From Hemiscyllium ocellatum (lineage: Eukaryota), in assembly GCF_020745735.1 (NCBI RefSeq), contig NC_083424.1, forward strand, positions 2,466,999-2,530,998: 64,000 nt of DNA. The letters run 5' to 3'. The translations under genes and the position numbers were made by a program. This document shows, piece by piece, positions 37,311 through 50,375 of this stretch; positions within the stretch are counted from its first letter, which is position 1; each line of letters begins with the position of its first letter. The notes under the pieces were generated by a model. The model worked only from the letters and a program-made list of their open reading frames with translations. It did not search any database and was not told the DNA's origin.

Positions 37311-38994
37311 TGTTGACCATTGAGTGCAACTTTTCCTTGGCTAATCTTGCTCCAATTGTGAGCCAATGTTTGAAACCTACACTTGCTTCTTACTCCCATG
37401 TCTGTGCCAATAGATAATCCATTATTAGCAAGAATGTTGAACTGCCTGTTTTTTGCATACTTTCATGGGTTATGTAATGGAATTTTTGGCTTTGTCCAAA
37501 TGGTTTGGAATACGTTAATGAGATAGTAATGCTTCAGTTGAACCATGCCCCTTGGTCAGATTCTATCTGTACATGTTAGCAGCTCTCCTTAATTCGAGAA
37601 TGCCATTTACTCAGTCATGAGTTTCTGCAGAGGGTCTGAACTGGCAGGATATCCAATGAGTTAGTGGAATTTGGGGTGCAGAATTTGCTTCTCCCTCTCT
37701 GCTGCTTTGGTTAAACATCAAGATTCTTGGACCTGAATAATACCGCTTGATGGACAATTTATTGCCATATTTACTGGTAACATTTTGCTCCTGATCCATG
37801 CTGCCATACGTAAAGGAGAACTTTTGAATGCTGTTCAGGTATTTTCTTTGACCTGCCTGAAATGCTGGTTATTTTGGGATTGTGAAAGTGGGATCTGGCA
37901 GGGTAACTGTTTTAGTCATCAGGACACCATGCTCAGTCCATCCTAGTTGAATGTGCAGGTGTTCTGTCTGACTGCTAGTGGTGATAGCTTTGAGCCTAAC
38001 GTTAATATTTGTTTGGCCCTCTTGTTGAATCCAGAGAATGAGGTAGAGTCATTGGTAGTGGAATTTATCTAATGCTTTTGTATGTTGCTAGTGCACAGTC
38101 CAGGACTGTTGCAGCACAGGAGTGTGATAACAACAGCTATTTTGTACACTAGGGCATCCGTTCACTTGTAGAGGACTTTGTTATCAAATACACCTGAACT
38201 CACTCCCATAGGTTTATAGATATCTTTCATCCTATTGAGTTTGCCTACACCACATGGACTGCAGTAGTTCAAGACAGCATTACTCCATTACCTTCTCAAG
38301 AGGAACTAGGGATGGACAATAAATGCTGGCCCAACCAGTTCCTGCCACATGCTATGAATTTAAGAAAATGTTTGCTGCAGTAGTCTGTAGAAAGCTGAGG
38401 TAGTACAGATGTTCTACACTACACTCCGTTTTGGGAAAGGCCCTGGAGAGTGGCGAGTGAGACTAGGATAATGAAACTGAGAATAAATTACTAGAAATGA
38501 TGATGTAAGTCAAACCAATAATCTCTTGAAATAGTTTATTTAATTATCATAACCGTGTTGGTTTTTCCCTTTTGTGGAATATGGATATTTTTGTACAATA
38601 CAACACAGGCCCTGAGGCCCATCAAGCCTGAGCCAATTCCTAGCCCTTATTTAAATCTGCTACTTATTGTTCATGCGTGGTTTCTAACCCTCTGGTTGTC
38701 TACAGTCCACATCTATCAAGATGTGCCTTAAATATTGCTAACATACCTGCTTCCTCCACCTCTGCTGGTAGTGTGTTCGTGCCCTTTTTTCACAGGAACA
38801 TGCCTAATCAGCTGCTCTTCAAAAGACTCCCACATCTTAGATGTGGTTTTGCCCTCAAGCAGCCACTCCACTCCACATTCTCCAATTCTTGCCTAATTCA
38901 GTTATAGTTGGCTTTCTCCAAATTTGACACCTTCATCCAAGATCCACTGTTATCCTTACCCACAAATATCTGAAAACTTACAGAATTATGATCC

Positions 38995-41900
38995 TTTTTT
39001 ATAGATATTTTTATTAGAAATTTAACATTTTTACAAGTTTACAAAAATAAACGAAACTCTCAAGTACAAACATTGATATACAATTAAATCTTAAATAAAT
39101 AATAACCAAAATTTAACATAAGAAAAATACAGAGAAAGAAAAAAAAACAAAACTCAACTAACTACTAATATAGCAGGTCAGGCAGCATCCAAGGAACAGA
39201 AGATTCGACGTTTCGGGCATATGCCCGAAACGTCGAATCTCCTGTTCCTTGGATGCTGCCTGACCTGCTGTGCTTTTCCAGCAACACATTTTCAGCTCTG
39301 ATCTCCAGCATCTGCAGACCTCACTTTCTCCTCGAAGATTTTAACTACTAATATAACCTACAACTAACCAGAGTTTATAATTGTCTCTTACATTCAAATA
39401 AGAGAGAAAAGAAAACCAACGAATAACACAGAAATTGGGTAGTGAGATACATGCTCGGAATATTAACACCAAATGTAACAAAACCCGTATTTGTGCGAGA
39501 TTCCTCTCTAAAGGGACCCTGAACCAGCCAGGTTTGTAACCTCAATTAAATAAAAGCCCTTGTTAGGATAGCCGAAATATCTGTATTTATATAATTCAAG
39601 AAGCGCTGCCATATTTATTTAAATAATTCGGTCTTTTGGTACATCATATTTGTAAGGAAGTCGAGGGGAATACATTCCATAATTAATCTGTGCCAATTTG
39701 AAAGTCCAGGGGGGCCCTCAGCCACCCAGTTTACCAAAATATTTTTCCTTGCACAGAAAGAGAGAATAGAAAATAGTCTCTTCCCGTGCATATCCAGGGA
39801 GGGCAAGTTCGAAAAGCCCAAAAGGAGAGATACAGGATCCACTTTAACTTCCGTTCCTAAAATTTCTGTCAGGGTACTTGCTACTTTAGTCCAGTATCTA
39901 ATTATCTTATGACAGGTCCATAGGCAATGTGCAAGAGTGCCCACCTCTATTTTACATTTGGGACACATTGGAGATGCTCCTGTCTTAAATTTTGGCAATC
40001 GATCCAGTGCTATATGGGCCCTATGAAGTATCTTCAGCTGGATAGCCTGAGTTCTGTTGCAGATGGTGATTCTTCTGGCGTTTTCCCAAATCTCATTCCG
40101 TGTTTCTGTAGAGATTTCTAGTCCCAAATCCTGATCCCATGTTTTAAGCAGATTGTCCATATCTCCCAATACTTCATCATGTAGTAAATGATAAATAATA
40201 CTGACGGAAGATACCCCCATTGGTCATAGCACTCTACATTCTCTATCTGATTTATAAAGACTATCTAATAACGTAGTCTTTTTCTGTATATAATCTCGAA
40301 TTTGGAAGTATCGAAAGAGGTCTCCATTAGGTAATCCGAATTTCTGATGCAGCTGTTCAAAAGACATCAGGACCCCTTCTTTAAATAGGTCCCCTAGACA
40401 TGAGATACCCCGGATCGCCAGAGTTTAAAACTGGCATCTATAAACCCCGGTTGAAGTCCCCATGCTCCCACTATTGGTGCATAGGGGGATGTTTTATGTG
40501 AGTTGCCCTCATTTTGCTGCATTATATTCCAAGCTTTAATTGTGTTTAGTATTAGAGGGTTTTTACAGTGATCCGTAATGATTTTCCTCTTGTCTGAAAA
40601 CAAAGGTTAATAAGTGGGCATTTTACTTGAGAAGCCTCGATGTGCAGCCGGATTGATTGCGGATCAGACAAGACCCAATCAGCAATGTAACTTAATAGGG
40701 AACTTCCCAGATTTTAGGAAATATCAGTTAAGTCCATTCCTCCCCTTGCCTGTGGAAGCGGTAGCTTCTTCAGCTTAATGAGGGGCCGTCTATGATTCCA
40801 GATAAAGGAACCCAACCAGACATATAATTTACGTAGTGTCAGCCTCGGCAGCATCACCGGAAGCATTCTCATAGGGTATAGGAGACGGGGCAGGGCATTC
40901 ATTTTAATTAGTGCTGTTCTACCCAGCCAGAAAATTGGAAAGTCTCCCCATCGCTGGAGGTCCTGCCTTATCCTTTCCAGTAAATGCACAAAGTTAGCCT
41001 TGTATAACTGACCAAATACTGGGGCAAAAAATATGCCTAAATATAAGAAACCCTCCAGGGACCACCGAAAGGGAAAGTGGGGTCCGTCCACTAAGTGGGG
41101 TATCATAGCAAGGCCACCCATTGGCATAGCCTCCGATTTTGAGAAATTAATTTTATAGCCTGAGAATGTGCTAAATGTATTAATAACTTGGATTAAATGA
41201 GGTATGGACCTCCAGAGGATTACTGAGGAATAGAAGAACATCATCTGCATAAAGGGTAATTTTATGTTTACCTGTACCAATCCTCGGGGCCGTTATATTA
41301 GGATCAGCCTGTATAGCCTCTGCTAGTAGTTCAATTATTAGCGTAAATCACAATGGCGAGGGAGGACATCCCTGATGACAACCCCTACCCACACTGAAGC
41401 TATCCGAGCCTAATCCATTGGTAACCACAACTGCTATGGGATCACTATACAATGTTAAGACCCATTTGGTAAACACCTTTCCAACGTGTAAAACAAATAT
41501 GACCATTCAACCCGATCGAATGTCTTTTCCGCATCTAATGAGATTACTACTCCTGGTATCTTTCCCTGATGGCAGGCTTGAATCATATTCAAAACCCTTC
41601 TAATATTATTGGTTGACTACTGCCCTTAAACCCTGTCTGATCCTCCTTTATGATATGTGGCAATACCCTTTCTAGTCTCAATGCGAATGTTTTAGAAAGG
41701 ATTTTAAAATCTACATTTAGCCAGGACATTGGTCTGTATGACATCCAATCTTCTGGATCCTTTCCTTTTTCAAGGATAAGAGAGATATTTGCCTCTTTCA
41801 ACGAAGGCGGGAGACAGCCCTGACTGTATGCATAGTTATACATGTCCATAAGTGGACCAGCCAATATTCCTGTAAATTCTTTAGAATTTAGCTTGAAGGC

Positions 41901-44570
41901 CAGGTGCCTTACTGTTCTGAAGTTGCCTGATTGTGTCAAGTATTTCTTGGACTATTAGGGGAGCATTTAAGACCGATACCTGTTCCGGAGTTAGGTCCAG
42001 ATAGGTCAAATTTTTAAAAAATGATTGCATCCTCCTAGTCCTGTCTTCACAATCCTGCGATTTATATAAATGGGAATAAAATTTTCTAAAGATTGCGTTA
42101 ATCCTTTTATGATCATGAGTCAAAATACCTGTACTTTCCACTTTCCTTGATAGACGTGATAGTTTGAGGGGCCTTCTTTTCTTTGCAAGAAATGCTCAGT
42201 TTGTCGCCAAATTCATATAACCTTTGTTTTGCAAATAATATTTCCCTCTTAGCCGTTTGGGTAAGCATGGTGTTTAGAGCTGTCCTAAGGGCCGTAATCC
42301 TTTGCAATTTGATAATAGAAGGTCTGTCAGCATATGCTGTTTCAGCTGCTTTTAAGCGAGCTTCGAGCAGGCGCTGTTGTTCTCCCTTTATTTTTTTCTG
42401 GGTCGCTGAGTAGGATATTATCAAACCTCGCGCGTAAGCTTTGGTCTCCCACATCATTGATGGGTTGCTAACCGTACCTAAATTAATTTCTAAAAACGTT
42501 TTAAATTCTCAAGAGAAGTACTTTACAAACTCACTATCTTTCATCAGGAAGGGGTCCATACGCCAATGCCGAGGGGATGTCCCATTGTTCCTCGCCTTGA
42601 TTTCCATATATACAGCAGCTTGATCGGAAATTACTGTACTATCTATTTTACAGGATGATATGGAATTTAAAAAAATTGAGGGGGCAAAAATCATATCAAT
42701 TCTGGTATGGCGTTTATGTGGATTGGAGTAAAAAGAAAAATCTCTGCCCTGTGAATTAGGATCTTCTAATCCTAATTCTTTGTTCAAATCCACCAACTGT
42801 CTAGATCTGGGAGATACGCCTGCAGTACTCTTGGGAATCCTATCTATTTCCGGATCCACAATACAATTGAAGTCTCTCCCTATAATTGTATGACGGGCAC
42901 CAAGAGCCATCAATTTTGAGAAGGCTTCCATTATAAATTTAAAGGGGTGTGCCGGGGGACAATACAAATTTAAAATCCCATATTCCTCTCCATTTATGAG
43001 GGCTTTAATCAGAATATATCGTCCAGATTCGTCTTTTATCTGATTTAGGATTTTGAAAGGGAAATTCTTCCGAATAAGAAGAACAACTCCCCTGCTTTTT
43101 GAGCTTAAAGATAAAAAGGCCTAATCAAATCCACCCTGTCGTAATTTCAAGTGTTCTTTATCCAACAGGTGTGTCTCCTGTAGGAGAGCTATATCAACTC
43201 TTTTTCTTTCTTGAGATTTGATAATATTTTCTTCCTTTTGACTGGCGAATTACTCCCCTTGACATTCCAGGTGCACCACTTAACCGACTGATCAACCATA
43301 ATTGTCCAGGCAAATCCGAGACCCATCAGGAGGGGAAACTCTTACCAGAACATCCCGAGCATAGAGCATATAAAATTCACAAAAATAAAGACTCTCTAAT
43401 ACACTCACAACAGTATAATAAAAAAACTATTTCTAAATAATAAAAAAAGTATTTAAATGGAGATTTTCCCCCTTGTTCCCTTGGGGGATATAAACCGGAG
43501 TGGGGGGGAAGGCAAACCAGCATCCATTATCTCTTACACTTTATCTAAGAGAGTCCAAAAATTCCTTAGCCTTTTCCGGCGATCTGAAGTTATACACGGA
43601 TCTTTCATGGTTAAAGCGTAGCATCGCTGAGTAGTGTAAGGAGTGCTGAATATTTAAGTCCCTTAAACACTACTTCGCCTCATCGAATGCCTTCCTCTTT
43701 TGGACCAGAGCTGGGGAAAAGTCCTGGAATAACATGATCTTGGATCCTTTATAGATCATGGCTTGAGATCTTTTCCAAGATTTCTAGAGGCTTCTAGGAG
43801 TAACTGCCTCTCCTTATAGCTCTGCAGTCAGAATAGGAACTGGCAGGGGTGCTGTTCCGAGGCGGGCCCACGTATTGCAACCTGGTACACCCATTCTACC
43901 CTTACCCGGCCTGATCCACCTCCAGATTTGAAAATTGTGGAAGCCACCATTCGAGGAATGCTGTTAGTTGGCCTTCCTCTTCCCGTTCGGGAAGGCCCAG
44001 CGAACGAATATTTTTTTCGATGACCTCGATTATCGAGGTGGTCAGTGTGATTCTCTAAGGTCTGGACTCGCTGTTCGAGAGTCTGGACCCGATCCATGGC
44101 CGATTGCACTGTAGTTTCAGAGGTCGTGGCCGTTAGCTTTGCCCCTCAGACTCGGCGTTTGATTTCCTTAATGTCTCTGTCGTGCTTTTGCAGCACGGCC
44201 GAGTGTGAGTCCCATCGACTTCGGGATTCTTCAATAAAATCGTCGATTTTCGCATCCAGTTTGGAGATGATTTCCACAAGGCTTGCCACTGTAGATAAGT
44301 CCCCCGGGCTGGCTGCAGACACCTCTGCTGCAGCTGGAGAGGGTGGAGGAGGGGTTCCTGCTTGCTGAGAGCTGCGGGCTCCCTTCCCTTTAGTCATTTT
44401 TACTGAAGATTAGATTGTTTAAGTTTAATACTAAGCAACTAATTACATTAAACAGCTATTTTAAATGATTTGGTGAGTGTGGTGGGAATGAGTAACCCAC
44501 TTTGCCCAAGTCTTGGGAGGAGCACTGTAGACTCAGACTTGCTGGGTCGCTGCCATCTTGGATCCCACCC
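38995..44570 (-). mobile_element. Full-length but decayed L1-clade LINE (ORF1 plus ORF2) in PIWIL1 intron 2
   Basis: 5' end gggtgggatccaagatggc (YY1-type site); ORF1 ATG 44397 with coiled coil and LDNRG.RK; ORF2 ATG 43299 with TWNVKG APE start, LYADD near 41250 and CPKC...HCLWTC; A-rich 3' end; imperfect TSD tatg(a/g)tcc(t/c)ttt. Confidence 0.92.
39173..39341. mobile_element. Palindromic Penelope-tail insertion in the L1 3' UTR
   Basis: Apex gacgtttcgggcat|atgcccgaaacgtc; 14-bp TSD taactactaatata at 39159-39172 and 39342-39355. Confidence 0.85.
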
Positions 44571-45163
44571 CTATGGTCCCTTTTAATCATGTGTTCAGAC
44601 ACGTTATGATGTGTCTGGAGCAGGTGGGACTTGCACCTTTTGGTCTCAAGGTGGGGGCAAAAGCCTGTTTGTTTTTAAACAGGATAATTAGTGGAGTGCC
44701 ACAGTGGTTAGTGCTTGGGCAACACTTATTTAAAGCATACAGTAAATCCTCATTATTCATTAAATCATAAGTTGTGAATTCACCCATCCACACCCAAAAA
44801 TAAATAAATAAAAATCAACATCAAGGAAAATTCATATCTGCAATGCTTTTAACCATTTTGATCTATTTTTAATGAGTTCCGCTGTCATGAATTTCATCAT
44901 TTGTGGTGGTTCTCTGGAATGGAGCCCTCGTGGATGTCGAGGAATGACTTGCCTAAGGAAAGTGAAAGTACTAAAGTCAAGTTTGCAGATGAGACTAAAA
45001 TAATTGTGAAGATGTGAGGATGAGAGTCTTCAGAGTTTAGCAAATGGGAAAAAAAAACGTGATGGATTATGATGTAAGAAAATGTGAGGTTATACACTTG
45101 AGCAGGAAGAATAAAAGAGCTGAATATTGTTTAAATGAAGAAGACATGAAGAAAGCTACAGAG

Positions 45164-45490
45164 CACGGTGGCATAGTGGGCGGCACGGTGGCACAGTGGT
45201 TAGCACTGCTGCCTCACAGCGCCTGTAGACCCGGGTTCAATTCCCGACTCAGGCGACTGACTGTGTGGAGTTTGCACGTTCTCCCCGTGTCTGCGTGGGT
45301 TTCCTCCGGGTGCTCCGGTTTCCTCCCACAGTCCAAAGATGTGCGGGTTAGGTGAATTGGCCAAGCTAAATTGCCCGTAGTGTTAGGTAAGGGATAAATG
45401 TAGGGGTATGGGTGGGTTGCGCTTCGGCGGGTCGGTGTGGACTTGTTGGGCCGAAGGGCCTGTTTCCACACTGTAAGTCTAGTCTAGTCA
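45164..45490 (+). mobile_element. HE1 V-SINE
   Basis: Near-identical to the 722-1026 and 28540-28853 copies. Confidence 0.9.
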
Positions 45491-45754
45491 AAGGGATCTG
45501 CTAGTTTGTTTATGAATCTCTCAACTAGCAAGTTCAGATAATAGAGAAGGCAATGGAATGTTAACCTCCCATTTCAAGGGAAATGGAGTATGAAAGTAGT
45601 GAGCGTTTGCTTAAACCAAACAAAGCATTAATCAGGCTCCACCTGGAATATGGTAAACGGTTTTGCACCCCTTTAAGGAAAGATATATTGGCATTAGAGG
45701 CCAGAGAGAAGGCTAACCAGTCTGATACCAGGTATGGAGGAACTGTCTTAGAGG

Positions 45755-46385
45755 TCCATAAGACACAGGAGTGGAAGTAAGGCCATTCGGTCCATCGAGT
45801 CCACTCCGCCATTCAATCATGGCTGATGGGCATTTCAACTCCACTTACCAGCATTCTCCCCGTAGCCCTTAATTCCCCGAGACAACAAGAATCTATCAAT
45901 CTCTGCCTTGAAGACATTTAGCGTCCCAGCCTCCACTGCACTCCGTGGCAATGAATTCCACAGGCCCACCATTCTCTGGCTGAAGAAATGTCTCCGCATT
46001 TCTGTTCTGAATTGACCCCCTCTAATTCTAAGGCTGTGTCCACGGGTCCTAGTCTCCTTGCCTAATGGAAACAATTTCCTAGCGCCCACCCTTTCCAAGC
46101 CATGTATTATCTTGTACGTCTGTATTAAGTCTCCTCTTAATCTTCTAAACTCCAATGAATACAATCCCAGGATCCTCAGCCGTTCCTCATATGTTAGACC
46201 TACCATTCCAGGGATCATCCGTGTGAATCTCCGCTGGACACGTTCCAGTGCCATTATGTCCTTCCTGAGGTGTGGGGCCCAGAACTGGACACATTACTCT
46301 AAATGGGGCCTAACCAGAGCTTTATAAAGTTTCAGTAGCACATCTCTGCTTTTATATTCCAACTCTCTTGAGATAAGAGACAACA
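45755..46385 (-). mobile_element. Relatively young CR1-type LINE 3' end, nested in an older plus-strand CR1
   Basis: Uninterrupted LYKALVRPHLE / ALERVQRRFTRMIPGM...GYGENAGKWS. Confidence 0.9.
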
Positions 46386-46819
46386 TTGAGTACTGTACTT
46401 GTTGGCATTTAGATGAATGAAAGACAACTTTATTGAAACATACAAGATGCTTCGTTGACAGGTTGGATGTGGAAATGTTTTTTTTCTTGTTGGAGAGTCT
46501 TGGATCAACATAATCTCCGAATAAGAGGGGACACATTTTAAGAAGGATAAGGAATTTCTTTGGAGGCTGGCATTAAGTATATTCAAGATTGAAATATACA
46601 GATCAAATATGTGGAGTGTTAAGAGTTGTGGAGAGGTTAAAGGTATTAAGGGTTGTAGTGCAAAGGCAGCAATGTGGAGTTGAGGATTATCAGATGAGCC
46701 ACGATTACATTAGCACAGTATACCACATGGGCTGAATGGCCTACTTTTATACATCTTATGATGCAGGATTTGAATGTAAATAGTGTAAAGAGCACATGGC
46801 ACTGCAGGTTAAAATGGAA

Positions 46820-47105
46820 GGCACGGTGCTCAGTGGTTAGCACTGCTACCTCACAGCACCAGGGTCCCAGGTTCATTTCCAGCCTGGGTGACTATCTGCG
46901 TGGAGTTTCCTCTGGGTGCTCTGGTTTCCTCCCACAGTCCAAAGATGTGCAGGTCAGGTGAATTGACTATGCTAAATTACACAGTGTTAGGTTCACCAGT
47001 CAGAGGGAAATGGATCTGAGTGGGTTACTCTTCGGAGGGTCGGTGTGGACTGTTTTTGAGCCGAAGGGCCTGTTTCCACACTGTAGGGAATCTAATCTAA
47101 TCTAA
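46820..47105 (+). mobile_element. HE1 V-SINE
   Basis: Head, V-domain and (tctaa)n tail. Confidence 0.85.
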
Positions 47106-47940
47106 ACCACCATTGTTGTATATCCAAGTCTCCGTATCATGAAGGATAATGAACAGATAATCTACTTTGGTTAAGGGATAATCAGTTACCAGGCTAGAGT
47201 GAATGAAATATAGTTGTTTGAGCAGGTTGATTAAAATAATGACACACCTCCCAGGCAGGTGGGACTTAAACCTGCCACCACCTGACTTAAACCTCCCAGG
47301 CAGGTGGTGGCAGGTTCACCACCAATGTGCCACGCTTCTCTTTGGAATTAGGTTGATGTCTAAACAAGTTGAATAAAATGTGATAGACATTTGGAGCAGG
47401 TGGGACTTGAACCTCCGAGGTAAGGCTCTATCATTACTCCACAAGAGCCCTTGAAGTTAAGTTTATTGTTTGAGGTCGTACTAGTACAATTCAAAATGAG
47501 ATCAAGAGGCGCTATTTCTTAAAGTGGTGTAGAAACTTGAACACCCCTCTTCAAATAGCTGGTTTTGCTGGATCATTTGAAAAATCAATAGATTTTTTGG
47601 CTGTGGAGCAGAGAGAATACTGGGATTAAGGTATGGGTTAGCCTCAATGCCATTTTATGGCAGCACAGGCCCAGCTGGCTGATACTTGTTCAACTTTCTT
47701 CTGTCAAAATTCACATGTATAGAGAAATGGGCACAAGGATTGACAGCTTGCCTGAGGTGAAAAGATGATTGAATTCTCTAATATCATTGAGTACAGCACT
47801 TAATATGCTATCAGTTCTCCCTAAATCTGAACTTTTAAAACCGATTCCAATCACAAGCAGCCATCTAAAGGCCAGTGGGTTTATTGTTACTTAAAGCTGA
47901 TTGCTTGAGAAATAAGTTGAGGTCTATTTTGTGCTTTTAG

Positions 47941-48049
47941 GCACCTGCTCCAGAACCAGCTCCAACAAGACCTGTCAGTACAGGAGAATCCGAATTGCTT
48001 GGTCGTGGTCGACAGAGAGGGCCCTCTGGAGCAATGGGACGTAAAGATG
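47941..48049 (+). CDS. PIWIL1: PIWIL1 coding exon 2
   Basis: APAPEPAPTRPVSTGESELLGRGRQRGPSGAMGRKD; AG/GT ends, phase 0 to 1. Confidence 0.88.
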
Positions 48050-48835
48050 GTGAGGCTATGTTAAAATGTACATCCTAATAGACTGAATTTAATAACTTCT
48101 ACGTGTAAATCATCTTTGGACAGTTGGTTATGCTTGTGAAAGGAAAATGGAAGCAGTCATGTGTGCAAAATTTGTTCAGAAGTCTCTCCAGTTTCTCTTA
48201 GTCAAGGCTGAAGTCATGTAACATCATATGTGCATAATGATCTGCACTTGAGAAACTTGCTGGAGCTTTTTGGTTGATGTGAATCTTATTAATCTGTCTC
48301 ATGACATTATTGCATAACTTATTATGTTCTTGTCTCAACGAGACCATTAGTGAAGCAATTGTATTCATAAGCCTTTTTGTTCCAGATGTTGTATCTTGGT
48401 GACCCTAATGTTTGCACAACATGCATACCTGGTACATTGCACCTTGAAAGATTTTTTTTAAAAACAAATACTATTTTGCCAGTTTTCCAATTTCAAGTGA
48501 AGCCAGCCAATTGCTGTCAATATTATTTTAAAAATATTCAGGGCTTAAAAAGAAATGCATATTGATACTTGGTGCACAAGACGTTGAACTATTTCTTAAT
48601 TATGTTGGATGTCCTTTTTTGTCGAATGGCTGACTCCAGAAATTAATATTCTGTTGTTTGTTTTATAATGAGTTTGTGCCATTCTGAATTAAGGTCGTTA
48701 AATATTCCTCTTTAAATTTGTTGAGTAGCATCCACACAAATGAAAAGGACTTCAGTGAAATTCATCAAGATTAATAAAGTAATTCTTCTGGATTTTAATT
48801 GTTTGACTTATTTTTGTTTCCTGTAAATATTGCAG

Positions 48836-48964
48836 TTGTTGAGGTGGTATCTGCTGGATTTAAAGAGATGTCATTGGCAGAAAGAGGTGGACGTCGGCGA
48901 GACTTCCATGATTTTGGAGTGAACACAAGGAAAGCAATGGAGCATGTCAAAGAGTCCAAAACTG
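48836..48964 (+). CDS. PIWIL1: PIWIL1 coding exon 3
   Basis: [38 protein letters not shown]. Confidence 0.96.
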
Positions 48965-49139
48965 GTAAATGCTTGAGTAGAGTAGTTGAATCTTCATTTG
49001 AGATTGCTTGTGCTGAGGATCACTTTCTATAGCTAAATCTTTTATCGTGTACTAAGTTTTCTTGTAATCCAGATGGAAAAATGATCAAATTGCTTGTTTC
49101 AGATCAAAAGTAGAAACAAAGAAAATAGCAGCAATAAGC

Positions 49140-50045
49140 CACTTAGGACAGTGAAGAAGGCATTGGAATGCTTGCTTGCTTTATTGGTCAATACATTGAG
49201 TATAAGAGTTGGGAGCTGAAAATGTGTTGCTGGAAAAGCGCAGCAGGTCAGGCAGCATCCAAGGAACAGGAGATTCGACGTTTCGTGCATAAGCCCTTCT
49301 TCAGGAATGAGGAAAGTGTGTCCAGCAGGCTAAGATAAAAGGTAGGGAGGAGCGACTTGGGGGAGGGGCGTTGGAGATGCAATAGGTGGAAGGAGGTCAA
49401 GGTGAGGGTGATAGGCTGGAGTGGAGTGGGGGCAGAGAGGTCAGGAAGAAGATTGCAGGTTAGGAAGGCGGTGCTGGTTAGGAGGTCATGTTGTGGCTGT
49501 ACAGGTCATTGGTTGGGCCACGATTAGAATACTGCATGCAATTCTGGTCTCCCTGTAATAGGAAGGATGTTATGAAACTTGAAAGAGTTCAGAAAAGATT
49601 TACAAGGATGTTGTCAGAATTGGAGGGTTTGAGCTATGGGGAGAGACTGAATAGACTGGGATTATTTTTCCCTGGAGCGTCAGAGCCTGAGGGATGACTT
49701 TTTAGAGGTTTCTAAAAATCATAAGGGGCATGGATAGCATAAATAAAGAAGATCTTTTTGGGAAGGGAAAGGGGTGCACCCAAAATTGAAGATGAGAGGG
49801 GAAAGATTTCTAAGAGACCTAACGGGCAACTTCTTCTCACAGAGGATGGTGTGTGTCTGTGTGTGTAATGAGCTACCAGAAGAAGTGGTGGAGACAGGTA
49901 GAATTACAACATTTAAAAAGGATTTGGGTGAGTATATGAAGAGGAACAGATTAAAGGGATATGGGCCAAATACTGGCAAATGGGGCTAAATTAATTTAGG
50001 ATCTCTGGTTAGCATGGGCATGTTGGAATGAAGGGATTGTTTTCA
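49140..50045 (+). mobile_element. CR1-type LINE 3' fragment with an embedded minus-strand Penelope tail (~49213-49475)
   Basis: LEYCMQFWSP...LERVQKRFTRML; Penelope tail carries a hammerhead core at 49277-49304. Confidence 0.85.
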
Positions 50046-50057
50046 TGTTGCACTTAG

Positions 50058-50375
50058 GGGTTAGCACCATTGTCTCAGGGCCAGGGACCCAGGTTTGATT
50101 CCAGCCTCTAGCAACTCTTTGTGGAGTTTGCGCATTCTCCCTGTATCTGCGTGCGTTTCCTCCGGGTGCTCGGGTTTCCTCCCACAATCCAAAGATGTGC
50201 AGGTTAGGTGAATTGGCCATGCTAAGTTTGTCCATAGTGTTCAGGGATGTGCACGTTAGTTGCATTGGTCAAGGGGAAATATAGGGTAGAGGAATGGGTC
50301 TGGGTGGGTTACACTTCAGAAGGTCGATGTGGACCTGTTGGGCCAAAGAGCCTGTTTCCACACTATAAGGATTCT
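50058..50375 (+). mobile_element. HE1 V-SINE
   Basis: V-domain and tail. Confidence 0.85.
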
